62,945 bases of DNA, filler included, from Octopus bimaculoides (GCF_001194135.2; 11 parts of 9 records of this genome joined end to end with filler, not necessarily neighbours in it); one strand, 5' to 3'; counted from the whole stretch's first letter, positions 12,679-23,643 are shown. Notes: generated by a model from the letters alone, not told the origin. Numbers and translations: made by a program.

Positions 12679-14101
12679 TTCCAATTGAATTGCATTTTAT
12701 TTCATCTCCCAACCGTGTTTCAACTAGAGACCTAAGGCACATAAATATCAGATGGTAAGAAATTTCCTGAGAATGTGGGTGGTTGATGTCAACACAAATT
12801 TTTTTAAATCTCATAGAATGTTGGTTTCCCAGGAATTTGGTCAAAAAGCTTGTCACTACCTTTCTTGATCATTCCCAGGCCACCTACAACAACAGGGATG
12901 GTTTTGCCTTTGAATTGCCATCTCCTAGATATCTCAATCTCAAGGTCCTTTTATTTCAACAGTTTTTCAAATTCTTTTGCTGAGATGCTTCTATCATTAG
13001 GTACTGTCATATCAATTAACAGGCATGTTTTTTTTTTGTTTTAGGTCTTTGATGATGATGTCTGGTATGTTAGTATTTATTTGCCTGTCTGTCATGTATT
13101 CCATAATCCCATAAGATGGTAACATTCTCTCCCTCAGTGACTGGATCTGGATGGTGTTCATACTAGTTCTTACAGTGCAGGATACCAGTGATGGCATATT
13201 CTCCAGTGCAAGTATTGGCCAACTCGATCATGCCTGGTTTTATATTCTGTAGAGACAAGGACTAAGCAACCGGCAACAATGTGCTCAATACTCTCAAGTT
13301 TATCATTGCAGAGTCTATACTTTGTGTCTACCTCATTGTGTGTGCCATTAACTTGATAGTTCTGGTTGAGGAGACACTGATATTTTGTTGCTAGGATGAA
13401 TCTTTCTATTTCGACTTCAAACCAACACTCTGCAGCCAATGATAGGTTCTCCTTGTATCTACATCAGCTTCTCCAGCTCATCTGGGGTATTGCCCATGCA
13501 ATGATTTTTCTTTCCACAATCTTGATATTTCCTTCCAGCTTTCCTGTTTGGCTTTTGTTTTACTCTTTTTTGCTGCTTTAGTGGGTGGTGTGTCTTTATC
13601 ATCATCATAATCAATCAAGTTAAGCTCTCGTCTGTATTTATATGCTTCCTTTGGGATTGAGTGCGGTTTCTTAATCTGTTCATGTTGCCTTACCTTCTGT
13701 ATCATCCAGCTGGTATTACTTTGGATGTACACTTGAAGCCCTTTCATGTTTCAAGCTGGATTAAGCCTCTCGCGCCTTCCTTTCGTGGGAGATAGAGTCT
13801 GTGGATGTTTGATTTTGGGTGGTGCATCCTGTTTAGTGTCAGCAGTTTCCTGGTTTTTATGTCCGTATGCTGGGGGTCACTCAGATTTCAATTGATGATA
13901 TTAAAGCTATACTGGACAACTGGTACCACCAGGGAGTTTATAGCTGCAACTCTGTTCTGAGGGCTCAGCTCAGTATTCAGGACCATTCTGATATGTTTCT
14001 AATACTTTTTCCCGATCTTTCATTGATCTGTGTTGAATAACTTTTCCTTTATGTACCCCAAGATACTTACAGAAGCCTTCTTGGTTTGGGTCCTTGATAG
14101 A

Positions 14102-14265
14102 TGTTATGTCTCAACGCTACTGCTATCTAGCACCTTCGGATGATCTCTACTCAACCACTACACAACTGCTACCCGACTGCTACTCAACCCTCCTCCCATG
14201 GCCAGGTTACCTCTATTTATATCTTGGGAGATCCTACTTCTTCGCCTGGGGGCGTCAACACAACA
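14102..14265. mobile_element. 164-bp solo LTR / TRIM-like insertion
   Basis: Starts TGTT and ends AACA. 5-bp TSD ATAGA at 14097-14101 and 14266-14270. Removing it restores the LINE frame HDTSIKDPNQEGFCKYLG. Confidence 0.8.
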
Positions 14266-15146
14266 ATAGATGTATCATGATTAAGTTGGGTCATGGTATT
14301 AGATGTTAGTTGACCAAATTCCATCACTGAATTTTTTCAGTTATTAGTAGTCCTTTCATCTTTTGCATATAACTTCAGATTGTCCATGTAGAGCAAGTGT
14401 GAGATCATCTTGTCAAACACTTTGTAACTGTGATTTGTTCTATTCAGCTTGTGGGACAAAGGAATGAGGGAAAGACAGGTGAGGGGAGAGTGAATCACCC
14501 TGGACTATTCCATGATCTATTCTGATGTTCTCTGAAACATATGATCCTTCCTCATGGTTGAGAAATAATTTTGTGTTCCACAGTCCCATACTGTGTTGTA
14601 GAAAACCTTTTACGAAAGGGGAGACCTTGTATATATTTAGAGCCTTTAAAATCCAGCCATGTAGGACACTGTAAAATGCCTCATGGTAGTCAATCCATGC
14701 TGTGCTAAAATTTCATTTTTTGGATGAGCAATTTTTGAGTATCACATGGTTTATTAATAGCTGGTCTCTGCAGTCATATGAGTTTCTTTTGCATCCTTTT
14801 TGTTCAAGGAGAAGGATGTTGGTTTCATCGAGAAATTGATAAATTCTTTCAGTGAGGATGGATGCAAGTAGTTTGTACATGGTGGTCAAACAAATGATTG
14901 GCCTGTAGTTTTTTGATTTGTGTTGCTCGTTATAGGGAGTAGGTATGTTGTTCCTAATCTTAGTCAGGTTGGAGTCTTTTTGGGGTTTCTGATGATGTTA
15001 GAGAAACATTCCATTAACTGACGGTGTGATGAGGAGAGGCCAGAAGTTTGGGATTTTATCATATCCAGGAGACCTTCACTTATGAGCTTTGGATAGAACT
15101 TGAGTTAGTTCCTGCATTGTAATATCATTGTTATTATTATTATATA

Positions 15147-15290
15147 TTCTGAGTTCAAATTCTGCCAAGGTTGACTTTGCCTTTCATCCTTTCAGGGTTG
15201 ATAAATTAAGTACCAGTTGCATACTGGGGTTGACTTAATTGACTATCCCCCTCTGCTAAATTTCAGGCCTTCTGCCTATAACAGAAAGGA
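15147..15290 (+). mobile_element. SINE family B, 5'-truncated
   Basis: ttctgagttcaaattctgccaaggttgactttgcctttcatcctttc...; followed by (ATT)n/(CAT)n. Confidence 0.85.
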
Positions 15291-15471
15291 TTATTATTAT
15301 TATTACTATTAAATATTATTATTAATCATCATCATCATCATCGTCATCATCATCACCATCATCATTATTATTTTTANNNNNNNNNNNNACCACCACCACC
15401 ACCACCACCACCACCAGCATCATCATCATCATCATCGTCATCATCATCACCATCATCATTATTATTTTTAA

Positions 15472-15680
15472 GGCAGTGAGCTGGCAGAATTGTTTGCGTG
15501 CTGGACGAAATGCTTAGCAGTATTTTGCCTGTCGCTACGTTCTGAGTTCAAGTTCTGCTGAGTTTGACTTTTCATCCTTTCAGGGTTGATAGATTAAGTA
15601 CCAGTTGTGTACTAGGGTTGATGTGATTGACTTACCCCCTCCCCACAAAATCCAGGCCTTGTGCCTATAGTAGAAAGAAT
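15472..15680 (+). mobile_element. SINE family B
   Basis: ggcagtgagctggcagaattgtt...ggccttgtgcctatagtagaaagaat. Confidence 0.88.
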
Positions 15681-16167
15681 TTTTATTATTATCTAACTGT
15701 TCGACATTTAGTAGATTGAGGAAAATTTTTACTGCATCACCTCCATGTTGTTGAGGTGAGTGCAGCATTGTGGTCTTTTCTGCTGTTGGGAGTATGCAAA
15801 CTCTTCTCAGTACTGTATTGTGTCAGGTTTGTTTTCCTCTTGAGGTGTGGTGCAGTCTTATTATTATGTTTTTGTTTTGACAAAACGTCCCTATGAGTCA
15901 CTTGTAAGTTTTGTTTAAACATCTATTATTGTACGATTTTGTTGGAAAACTGACCAGGGTTCTAAGAAGCTGGTCAGTTTGGCTAATTTCCACAGAATAT
16001 CTGAGGGAGGTAAGTAGTATTTGGGACAACAGTATTATCACCTCTCACCTTGCTTTAACGGCTGTAAGCCACCACCACAAGAAAAGGTGTAGGAGTAGAA
16101 GGAAAACAAGAACGTCCATTTTTAACTCTGAGTTTGAATATGAAGATTTCTAAATGAAAGAAGCAAT

Positions 16168-16345
16168 GAAAGAAGGTCGCACTTTCAGTGTTCATAGACC
16201 ACAAAGCAGTCACCTTCGCTATGAGCAAGCTGTCAGAGCCATGGTCTGCATGTCAGCAGTGACAGTTATCCACCATTTCTGAATATACTACAGACATTCA
16301 ACACATAAATGGAAAACCCAACCCAGAAGGTGCTCTGACTTGATC
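16168..16345 (+). pseudogene. Ty3/Gypsy pol RNase H C-terminal fragment
   Basis: Frameshifted EGRTF/FIDHKAVTFAMSKLSEPWSACQQ*QLS/TISEYTTDIQHINGKPNPEGALT matches the Gypsy TDHKPL...S.RQ.R....I.EY...I.H+.GK.N..ADAL pattern. Confidence 0.8.
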
Positions 16346-16404
16346 TAACACATAGGGGGCCCTGACCAGTGAGTTTTGATTAACTCTGTTTCTATTTTAT
16401 TTAT

Positions 16405-16550
16405 ATAGGCAGGAGTGGCTGAGTGGTAAGTAGCTTGCTTACCAACCACATGATTCTGGGTTCAGTCCCACTGCGTGGCACCTTGGACAAAGTGTCTTCT
16501 ACTATAGCCTTGGGCCGACCAAAGCCTTGTGAGTGGATTTGGTAGATGGA
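16405..16550 (+). mobile_element. SINE family A, 5' head
   Basis: ggcaggagtggctgagtggtaagtagcttgcttaccaaccacatg... Confidence 0.88.
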
Positions 16551-17436
16551 AGGAAAAGATTACAGAAGTTTAAGAAAGAAAAAAATTGAAAAAACTGTGT
16601 ATTTTTAGCCAATAGCGAGACAGAAATTTTCTACTTTTAGCAGAGTGGTGTTAACTTTAAGGTTGTACTCTGTGAAATTTATAGTTTAGCGTTTGTAAAA
16701 TGACCTGTTCATTGTAGGTTTCTAAATAAACAGAAATACCTAATAAAATCAACATGTACCATCTCTCTGTTTCTTTTGTCTCTTCATTGTTTGTATGATT
16801 TTATTATTTTTAAAAATTTGTTATATTAATTATATTTGTCTGCATGTGTTTACTTTATGCGTATTTCAGTATTATGTATACCTGTCATGTATTTGTATAC
16901 TTCATTAATATATAAGTGTGTGCGTATGTGTATGTGTGAAAAGGGGGTGTCTGTCTCCAAAACTCTAAAGCGGAGTAACGTTTTCATGCTTGAATTTGTA
17001 AGAATAACACTGGTCCACAAAGAATTTGTCCCAAAAATATATGAAATGAAAAATATTTAAAAATACTAACATAGAGAAAAAGCACAGAAAAATACTAACA
17101 CAGAAAACTTGAAACAAAATACACAGGCGAAAAGAATCTTGAGGTGTGAAGAATCAACACAGAACAACATGCAGCACAGACATGGGTGAAGTGAAACACA
17201 ACACAGCGTGCGATTATCATGGTAATAAGCTGCTAATGCCATGCTATCTGTTGATTGGCTAAAATTACCCAAATTTTCCAACTTTAATTCCAAATAACAT
17301 CAGATTCTTTAATTTTCGAGAAAGAGTAATTGGTTGATCGTAATCAAAATTCAGAGCTGCATTGATACACCAAAATTGAAAGCAATCTGAGCAAAATTAA
17401 AGGGGACAGAATTTTTATTTATTTTTTTAATTTCTA

Positions 17437-17627
17437 GGCTGTGTGGCAAGTAGCTTGCTTACCAACTGCATGGAGAGGCATAGGAGTGGCTGTGTGGTAA
17501 GTAGCTTGCTTACCAACCACATGGCTCCGGGTTCAGTCCCACTTGGGCAAGTGTTTTCTATTATAGCCTCGGGCCGACCAAAGCCTTGTGAGTGGATTTG
17601 GTAGACGGAAACTGAAAGAAGCCTGTC

Positions 17628-17673
<46 letters not shown>

Positions 17674-17884
17674 TTGTGTGTCTGTGTTTGTCCCCCCAGC
17701 ATCGCTTGACAACCAACGCTGGTGTGTTTATGTCCCCGTAACTTAGCGGTTCGGCAAAAGACACCGATTGAATAAGTACTAGGCTTACAAAGAATAAGTC
17801 CTGGGGTCGATTTGCTTGACTAAAAGGTGGTGATCCAGCATGGTCACAGTCAAATGACTGAAACAGAGTAAAAGAGTAAAAGAG
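17437..17884 (+). mobile_element. Full-length SINE family A (17477-17884) preceded by a partial duplicate of its head (17437-17473)
   Basis: tRNA-like head, internal (TA)n(TG)n tract, 3' body and (AAAGAGT)n tail. Confidence 0.92.
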
Positions 17885-17885
17885 T

Positions 17886-18035
17886 TGTTGCAGTTATTAG
17901 ACTGCGGCCATGCTGGGGCATCGCTTTGAAGAATTTTTTGTTGAATGTATCAACGCCAGAATTTTTAAATATTTTTACTTGTTGCTGCAGTTATTAGACT
18001 GCGGCCATGCTGGAGCACCACCTTGAAGAATTTCT
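17886..18035 (-). mobile_element. Two tandem SINE family A tail fragments, inverted relative to the adjacent full copy
   Basis: gcagttattagactgcggccatgctgg occurs at about 17889 and about 17987. Confidence 0.8.
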
Positions 18036-18697
18036 AGTGACAGAAGAAGTCAGCATTTTAAAATTAAAATTTAAAGTCTTTTGTTTTCTTCTCTAAAACA
18101 CTTACAGCTTGATGAGAATGAGCCGACCTTTTGAATTTTCTCCGACTGTTGAAGGTCTAACAGAATTATGGCGCCCAAGGCAAGTCATTCAAACGTACAT
18201 CGTATCGCTTTTATGTTTCTACACATTTCTTTAAATGCTTTCCCTTTTGTTAGAATTCAGATATGTACATTGGATAGTAAAGAGTCATATGTTATTCTAT
18301 TCTACTTATTTTCGATTGAATATATTTTATTTACTTAAAAATTGGAATTTTGGAAAATAAAAGTTTTTTTTTACAACCGTGATTTCCGTTTTTGCTTATA
18401 TGAAATTATGAAAAAAAAAATTTTTTTTTAAACATTTGACTTATTTCTAGCATGTGAAGAGACCTAGGCTTAACCTCATGTGCTGGTTGAAAATCATAAA
18501 AAAAAATTCTGGGGTCTATACATTCGAGTAAAAATTCCTCAAGGTGGTGACCAAGCAAAATTGCCTTCGTATAAACTGACGCAATATTTTTTTTTGATTA
18601 CGTTACCTTGTAGTACTGCTGTGACTTCGGCTTCGTAAACGACCGAGTTTATCAAGTCGTTTATGAAGCCGAAGAACACAATGTAGCGAACAAGCTA

Positions 18698-18906
18698 CAG
18701 CATAGCTAAGCGGGGATTCGAAACCGAATCCAGATTTTTATACATTGTCAAACAAGTTCTCAATTGTTTTAGCCTGTTTGCACTCAGAGATCAATGGGAA
18801 TGTGCTGATCTTTGAGTGCAAAAAAGGCTAAAACACTAGGTTGAAAATTTATTTGACAATGTATAAAAATGTGGATTTGGTTTCGAATCACAGCTTAGCT
18901 ATACTG
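18698..18906. mobile_element. Palindromic MITE (about 209 bp) with TA target-site duplication
   Basis: Arms of about 95-100 bp pair almost throughout; loop atgggaatgtgc at 18794-18805. Flanked by TA at 18696-97 and 18907-08. Termini CAG...CTG, Tc1/mariner-like. Confidence 0.75.
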
Positions 18907-20171
18907 TAGTTCACTACAAGATCTAATTAACTGTCTGTCTGTCTGTCATTGCTATTTACAAAATATAAAACAAAAATAATCGATCAGGTTTTATAACTAA
19001 AAGACGATTTTTATTCAAAATATGAACAGGAATATATTTTACAAAAGAAAGACAAAGGAAAAAGAAAACAGAAAATAAAAAAGGGGGATAGCACCAATGC
19101 AGGACTAAGTGCTTCAATTGGTCACACACGATAAGGTTCAACGGAATCTACTGAAGCAAGCCAGCACGCTCACGGCATTGCTACGGGCGATGGCGAGGCT
19201 CACTTGACAACGATGACAAAAACTTTGCCGTTAGTGGCCCAATTCTGATAGATAATAAGTTTTCCTGTTATAGCACAAAAATTTTAAAAAAGTAACAACA
19301 AAAGTATGTTGGGGAACAAAGCTATCTATTTATACAATGCCCCGAACATTTTCATAGTTCTCCCAACAATCTAAAGAGCATAAGAAAAAAATATTAACTT
19401 TTTGTCGCTTCTCGGTATGTCATCAGAATAAATGTACCTTGTCTTATTAAACTACATGTAATTTTTTCAGATAGTTATTAACTCAACCAAAAATAACTTC
19501 TGAAATGCAGAGATACGATTCAACAATACATAAATGTCTTGTCCATCTGTCTGTTTGTCTCCTGCTGATGCGTGTCATTGAAGCTTTGCGAGGGCTCGAG
19601 AGTAACGGATCCCCAAAGCAGTCAAGTTCAACAGCACCACGTCGCAGTTTCTGCAACTTTTGATGGAAACAGCCATTTATTGTTGTTGTCATTGAACTGG
19701 TGAATGAAAATACGTTTCTTGAGCTGCGTGACGAAGTAAATTAAACAACACCTGCGAACATTTAACAGAAGAATTTATTGTTGGACATAAAAACAAATTG
19801 CATTAACCATTTACAACAGCAATAATTTCAAACTGAGAGAGAAGGAAAAGCTTTGCCGCGTGAAAAGAAGTAACTTATGAGATTGTGTGAATGTTTAGTT
19901 CAGTCTGTGCTAAAACCTGGAGATGTCCGTGCAAATGTCCAGAACTAATTGATAGCAAGAATGAGGTCACATTTCGCTCAACTGCCTCAACATTCTGCCT
20001 GGCAAGCAGTGAGACGTGCGAGAACATTAATTACTGAACGCGAGTGAAATAAACACCAGATATTCTTTGCCCCATGTAGAAACTACAGGAGGGAAAAACT
20101 TCCTACCGTCCCCCACCTCACATTTTCTCGCAAATTATTGCTTAATATTTTTTTTTTTCCAAAAATCCATG

Positions 20172-20612
20172 TTTTCAGATACGGAGATTCCAGAAAATTG
20201 CCCCAAATAGGAATTTTGAAATGTTTTACCGCCTCCCTTACTCCCCAACAATTTCTTCATTTTTTACTTTTTCCGTAAACCTAACCGTAAAATTCTAACC
20301 CTAAAACATTAACCCTAACCCCAAAACCCTAACCCTAACACCCTAAAACCCTGACCCTAAAACCCTAACCCTAAAATCCCAACCCTAAAACCCTAAAAAC
20401 CTAACCCTAAAATCCTAACCCTAACCCTAAAACTCTAACCCTAAAACCCTAACCCTAAGTAGAAAAATTTTGGGAATTTTTTTTGTATATTTAAATAAAA
20501 AAAATTTCTGAAAAAGTTTAAAATGAAGAATGTAGGGGTGGGGGTGGGGATAATTTCAAATTGCCGCTTTTTGCCAATTTTTTTGCAGATTCGTATTCTC
20601 CGTAGCCGAAAA
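20172..20612. mobile_element. Inverted-repeat element with a telomere-like core (CCCTAA / CCCTAAAA)n
   Basis: ttttcagatacggaga at 20172-20187 versus the reverse complement of 20597-20612, 14/16 match, with further imperfect pairing inward. Repeat tract at about 20277-20458. Confidence 0.55.
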
Positions 20613-20694
20613 GGGGGGTCTGTGTAGGACAAAAAAAAAATTAAACAAGGAAAAAAAGGGGTGTTTTTTTTGTGGGGGTACAAAGCGGTTCATC

Positions 20695-20850
20695 ATCAAG
20701 TCTTCGTATTTGGTTTTCTTCAGCAGGTGAGAAATGCCAAATTTGTCCTTCCAGAATACCGTGAGTTCAATCACAATGATTGTTTTTGCCCTCCTGGATA
20801 GCAGGAAAATGTCTGGTCGCAGCGATGTTTGCACCACCATCTACTCTGAG
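20695..20850 (-). pseudogene. Restriction-like endonuclease fragment of a second RLE-type non-LTR element (HERO-like)
   Basis: QTSLRPDIFLLSRRAKTIIVIELTVFWKDKFGISHLLKKTKYEDL carries the RPD...ELTV.W...K..KY RLE signature. Confidence 0.75.
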
Positions 20851-22009
20851 AAGACCAATGTACACATACTTCTGTCGCTGGTTGTTTGGGGAGCGGAGAA
20901 ATGAAGATGTATTTCGTTGGCTGCGTGAATAATATCCGAAGAAAACCGAGAACATTTAACTAAAATAGTTATTGCCGGATATAATGAGATTTGATGTTGG
21001 CTTTCTGCAATAAAAGAATATTAATAATTGTCAAGTGGGAGAGCGAGAAAAACTGCACTGCACCCATAAAAGTTACTTACGTCCACCTTCATTATAATAG
21101 GGACAAATTTTCCAGAAAGCCTGTTCTCACCAAAACAACAAACAAAAAACAGTGACTGGCAGATGATCAGATAATTTTCAAACTTTTTTTTTTTTATTAA
21201 AACCATAATCTATAATTTCAATCAAAGATTTTACCAAAATACGAAACGTTATTGTTGAAGTCATAGGTGCTGGGAACTATCGCTATGGAGATGTGGGGTA
21301 GTCTTCCGAGCGCAGCATGCGAAACCACATCAGCAAAAAACTTTTTTCTTTTGTACTCATGGGTGTCGTGAACATTTGGGTACGGCCCCGTTTACAAGCA
21401 ACTAGGTTGTTACAGTTAGTACTCATTTCGGTCAACNNNNNNNNNNNNNNNNNNNNNNNNNNNNNNNNNNNNNNNNNNNNTTAATTAATTAANNNNNNNN
21501 NNNNNNNNNNNNNNNNNNNNNNNNNNNNNNNNNNNNTTTGTATATTCTCCCATATATATATATATATACTTCTATATATATGCATGTGTGTGTGTGTCAC
21601 TGAAGCCATTCACATATACATACATAACCCCCTCTCTTTCTCACACACATACACACACACACCCACCAGCAACATTGCTCTTTCTATCTCTTCACACACA
21701 CTAACAAAACAACTTCACATACACAGCACGCTTTCTGTCTCGCACACCCCCATCAAACACATACACACACACACATCAATTCTTTTCCCTTCACGCCGAC
21801 TTCAAAAGATAACTCTCTGATCCAATCTCTCTCTCTCTGTGTTTCGCTTTTACGCCGACTTCAAAAGATCCCCCCTCCCCTCCTACATACGTAAAACAAT
21901 TTTTTTTTATTTTACGGAAAGCGACGATCATGTTCAGAAACATAAACAAATGCACGTGGTTTAAGAAGTGATATAAACTGTTCTCAAATCGAAAGATCGT
22001 CGTGTGTGT

Positions 22010-22258
22010 TAAAATGAGATGTTAGTTTATATTTTCATTTTTGTTTAATTTCGATGATAGTTTATTCACCGCACCCTGTATGTATGTATGGATGGATGAA
22101 TGCATGCATGTATATGCATACATCTATATGCATATAGGTATATGTATGCGTGTGTGTATGTATATATGTCTGTCTATCTGTGTGTTAAAATGAGATGTCA
22201 GTGTTATTCTCATTTTTGCTTAATTTAGACGACAGTTTATTCACCGCACCCTGTATAT
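22010..22258 (-). mobile_element. Two diverged tandem copies of a Tc1/mariner-type terminal sequence (TACAGGGTG...)
   Basis: gtgtgttaaaatgagatgt...agtttattcaccgcaccctgta at about 22005-22080 and about 22180-22256, separated by (TATG)-type repeats. Confidence 0.55.
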
Positions 22259-22579
22259 ANNNNNNNNNNNNNNNNNNNNNNNNNNNNNNNNNNNNNNNNN
22301 NNNNNNNNNNNNNNNNNNNNNNNNNNNNNNNNNNNNNNNNNNNNNNNNNNNNNNNNNNNNNNNNNNNNNNNNNNNNNNNNNNNNNNNNNNNNNNNNNNNN
22401 NNNNNNNNNNNNNNNNNNNNNNNNNNNNNNNNNNNNNNNNNNNNNNNNNNNNNNNNNNNNNNNNNNNNNNNNNNNNNNNNNNNNNNNNNNNNNNNNNNNN
22501 NNNNNNNNNNNNNNNNNNNNNNNNNNNNNNNNNNNNNNNNNNNNNCAGAAGACCCATCTTAACAGGCAACCAGTGGACC

Positions 22580-23260
22580 GTATCACACTATGGTACCTAC
22601 TTACAGCCAGTAGGACTGATGCATTACACTTTTGTGCTTACAGCTAAGGGTACTCTACCAAGCTGTGGTACCTACTTACAGCTAAGTGGACAGTGCTATT
22701 CTGTAATAACCATATACTGTTTGGTTAGCTCTACCATTCTGTGGTACCTATATGCATTTAGGGAATCTATACCACACTATAGTACCTACATGTAGCTAAG
22801 TGGACTGTATAATACCATGGTACCCATACACATTTAAGTTGTCTGCAGCATTCTGTGGTACTTGCATGTAACACTATGGTATCTACTTGCGACTAAGTAG
22901 ACTGTACCTTCTGTTGTACCTATATACAGTATAAAGAACATAATAAAAGTTGACAATTTTTTTTATCTTATATTTATTTTGTAAATAAATAATACAATAT
23001 TTCATAAGCATTTTATAATGTTTCTTTCTTTTCTGGAAACTCACTGCGTACCAGCAGCTGACGGCTCGCAGATCACCACTTTGAGTAGCACCGGTCTATA
23101 GCACTCCGTGGTACCTACATTACAGTTAAATAAACTGTACCATTCCAGTGTACCCATATACAAGTAGATTATCTATGCCACACCATGATACATACAGATA
23201 AGGGTTCTATACTGCACTGTAGTGCCTAAACACAGTTGAGTGGACTAAGCTATCTCCTAT
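22580..23260. repeat. Highly degenerate tandem repeat built on a tggtaccta / agctaagtggactgt motif
   Basis: ctatggtacctacttacag, gtggtacctatat and related variants recur every 30-40 bp. Interrupted at about 22945-23097. Confidence 0.75.
22945..23097 (-). mobile_element. hAT (Charlie-like) terminal fragment
   Basis: The reverse complement begins tagaccggtgctactcaaagtgg, resembling the CAGTGCTACTCAAAGTG terminus of hAT-Charlie elements. Confidence 0.5.
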
Positions 23261-23643
23261 GTAAAGCCAAGTGCTTGAATAACAACGTAAAAGTGTTGGT
23301 ATATAAATTCCAGACATAGTCTAGCATTTGATCCTTTCTTTCATGGTGGATATCCTTTAAACAGCAGAACCATGTTAATGGGTGCTGGAAGAAGAAGGAA
23401 GAAAGGGCAGGGTTCCAGTTGAAGTGATAAAGTTATTTAATATTGTTAAGGGTCAAACAGATGCCTTATCTCCATGTGATAAGGAAATTAGAGAATCCAG
23501 GCTGGTTTGTTTGAAGGGTGACCTGTAATGCACACACACTCACCTATGATTCTGTCTATCTATTTGTCTGTCTGTTTGTCATACTATTACTTGTGATTTA
23601 TCTCTTTCATAATTTATTTCTTTCTTAATCTTTCTTCCTCTCA

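Larger units (their letters stand above)
12677..16100 (-). mobile_element. Degenerate R4/Dong-clade non-LTR retrotransposon (RT, CCHC finger, restriction-like endonuclease), interrupted by insertions
   Basis: RT motifs KNYRPIICLTTMYKLLASIL, WIDYHEAFYSVLHGWI, HLLYMDNLKLYA (14.35-14.40 kb) and KYLG. CCHC region RLCNDKLESIEHIVAGC...RHDRV. RLE region PDIIIKD...IDMTVP...KDLEIEI...IPVVVGGLG. (AAT)n at the 3' end. Many stops and frameshifts. Confidence 0.9.

Noticed and set aside
14985-15015. ctgatga...gaaa hammerhead-like string; similar strings at about 2070, 26550, 27130 and 50785
   Set aside because: No stem II or stem III can form. The first lies inside LINE coding sequence.
18606-18690. Apparent minus-strand exon LVRYIVFFGFINDLINSVVYEAEVTAVLQ
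   Set aside because: It overlaps a DNA-level palindrome, and its acceptor is created by the MITE end, so coding function is unlikely.
19100-19210. Minus-strand peptide SLAIARSNAVSVLACF resembling the C-terminus of CRE-type RLE elements
   Set aside because: Too short to support without a search.
20277-20458. True telomere or chromosome-fusion site
   Set aside because: Short, degenerate, single orientation, internal and bounded by inverted repeats.
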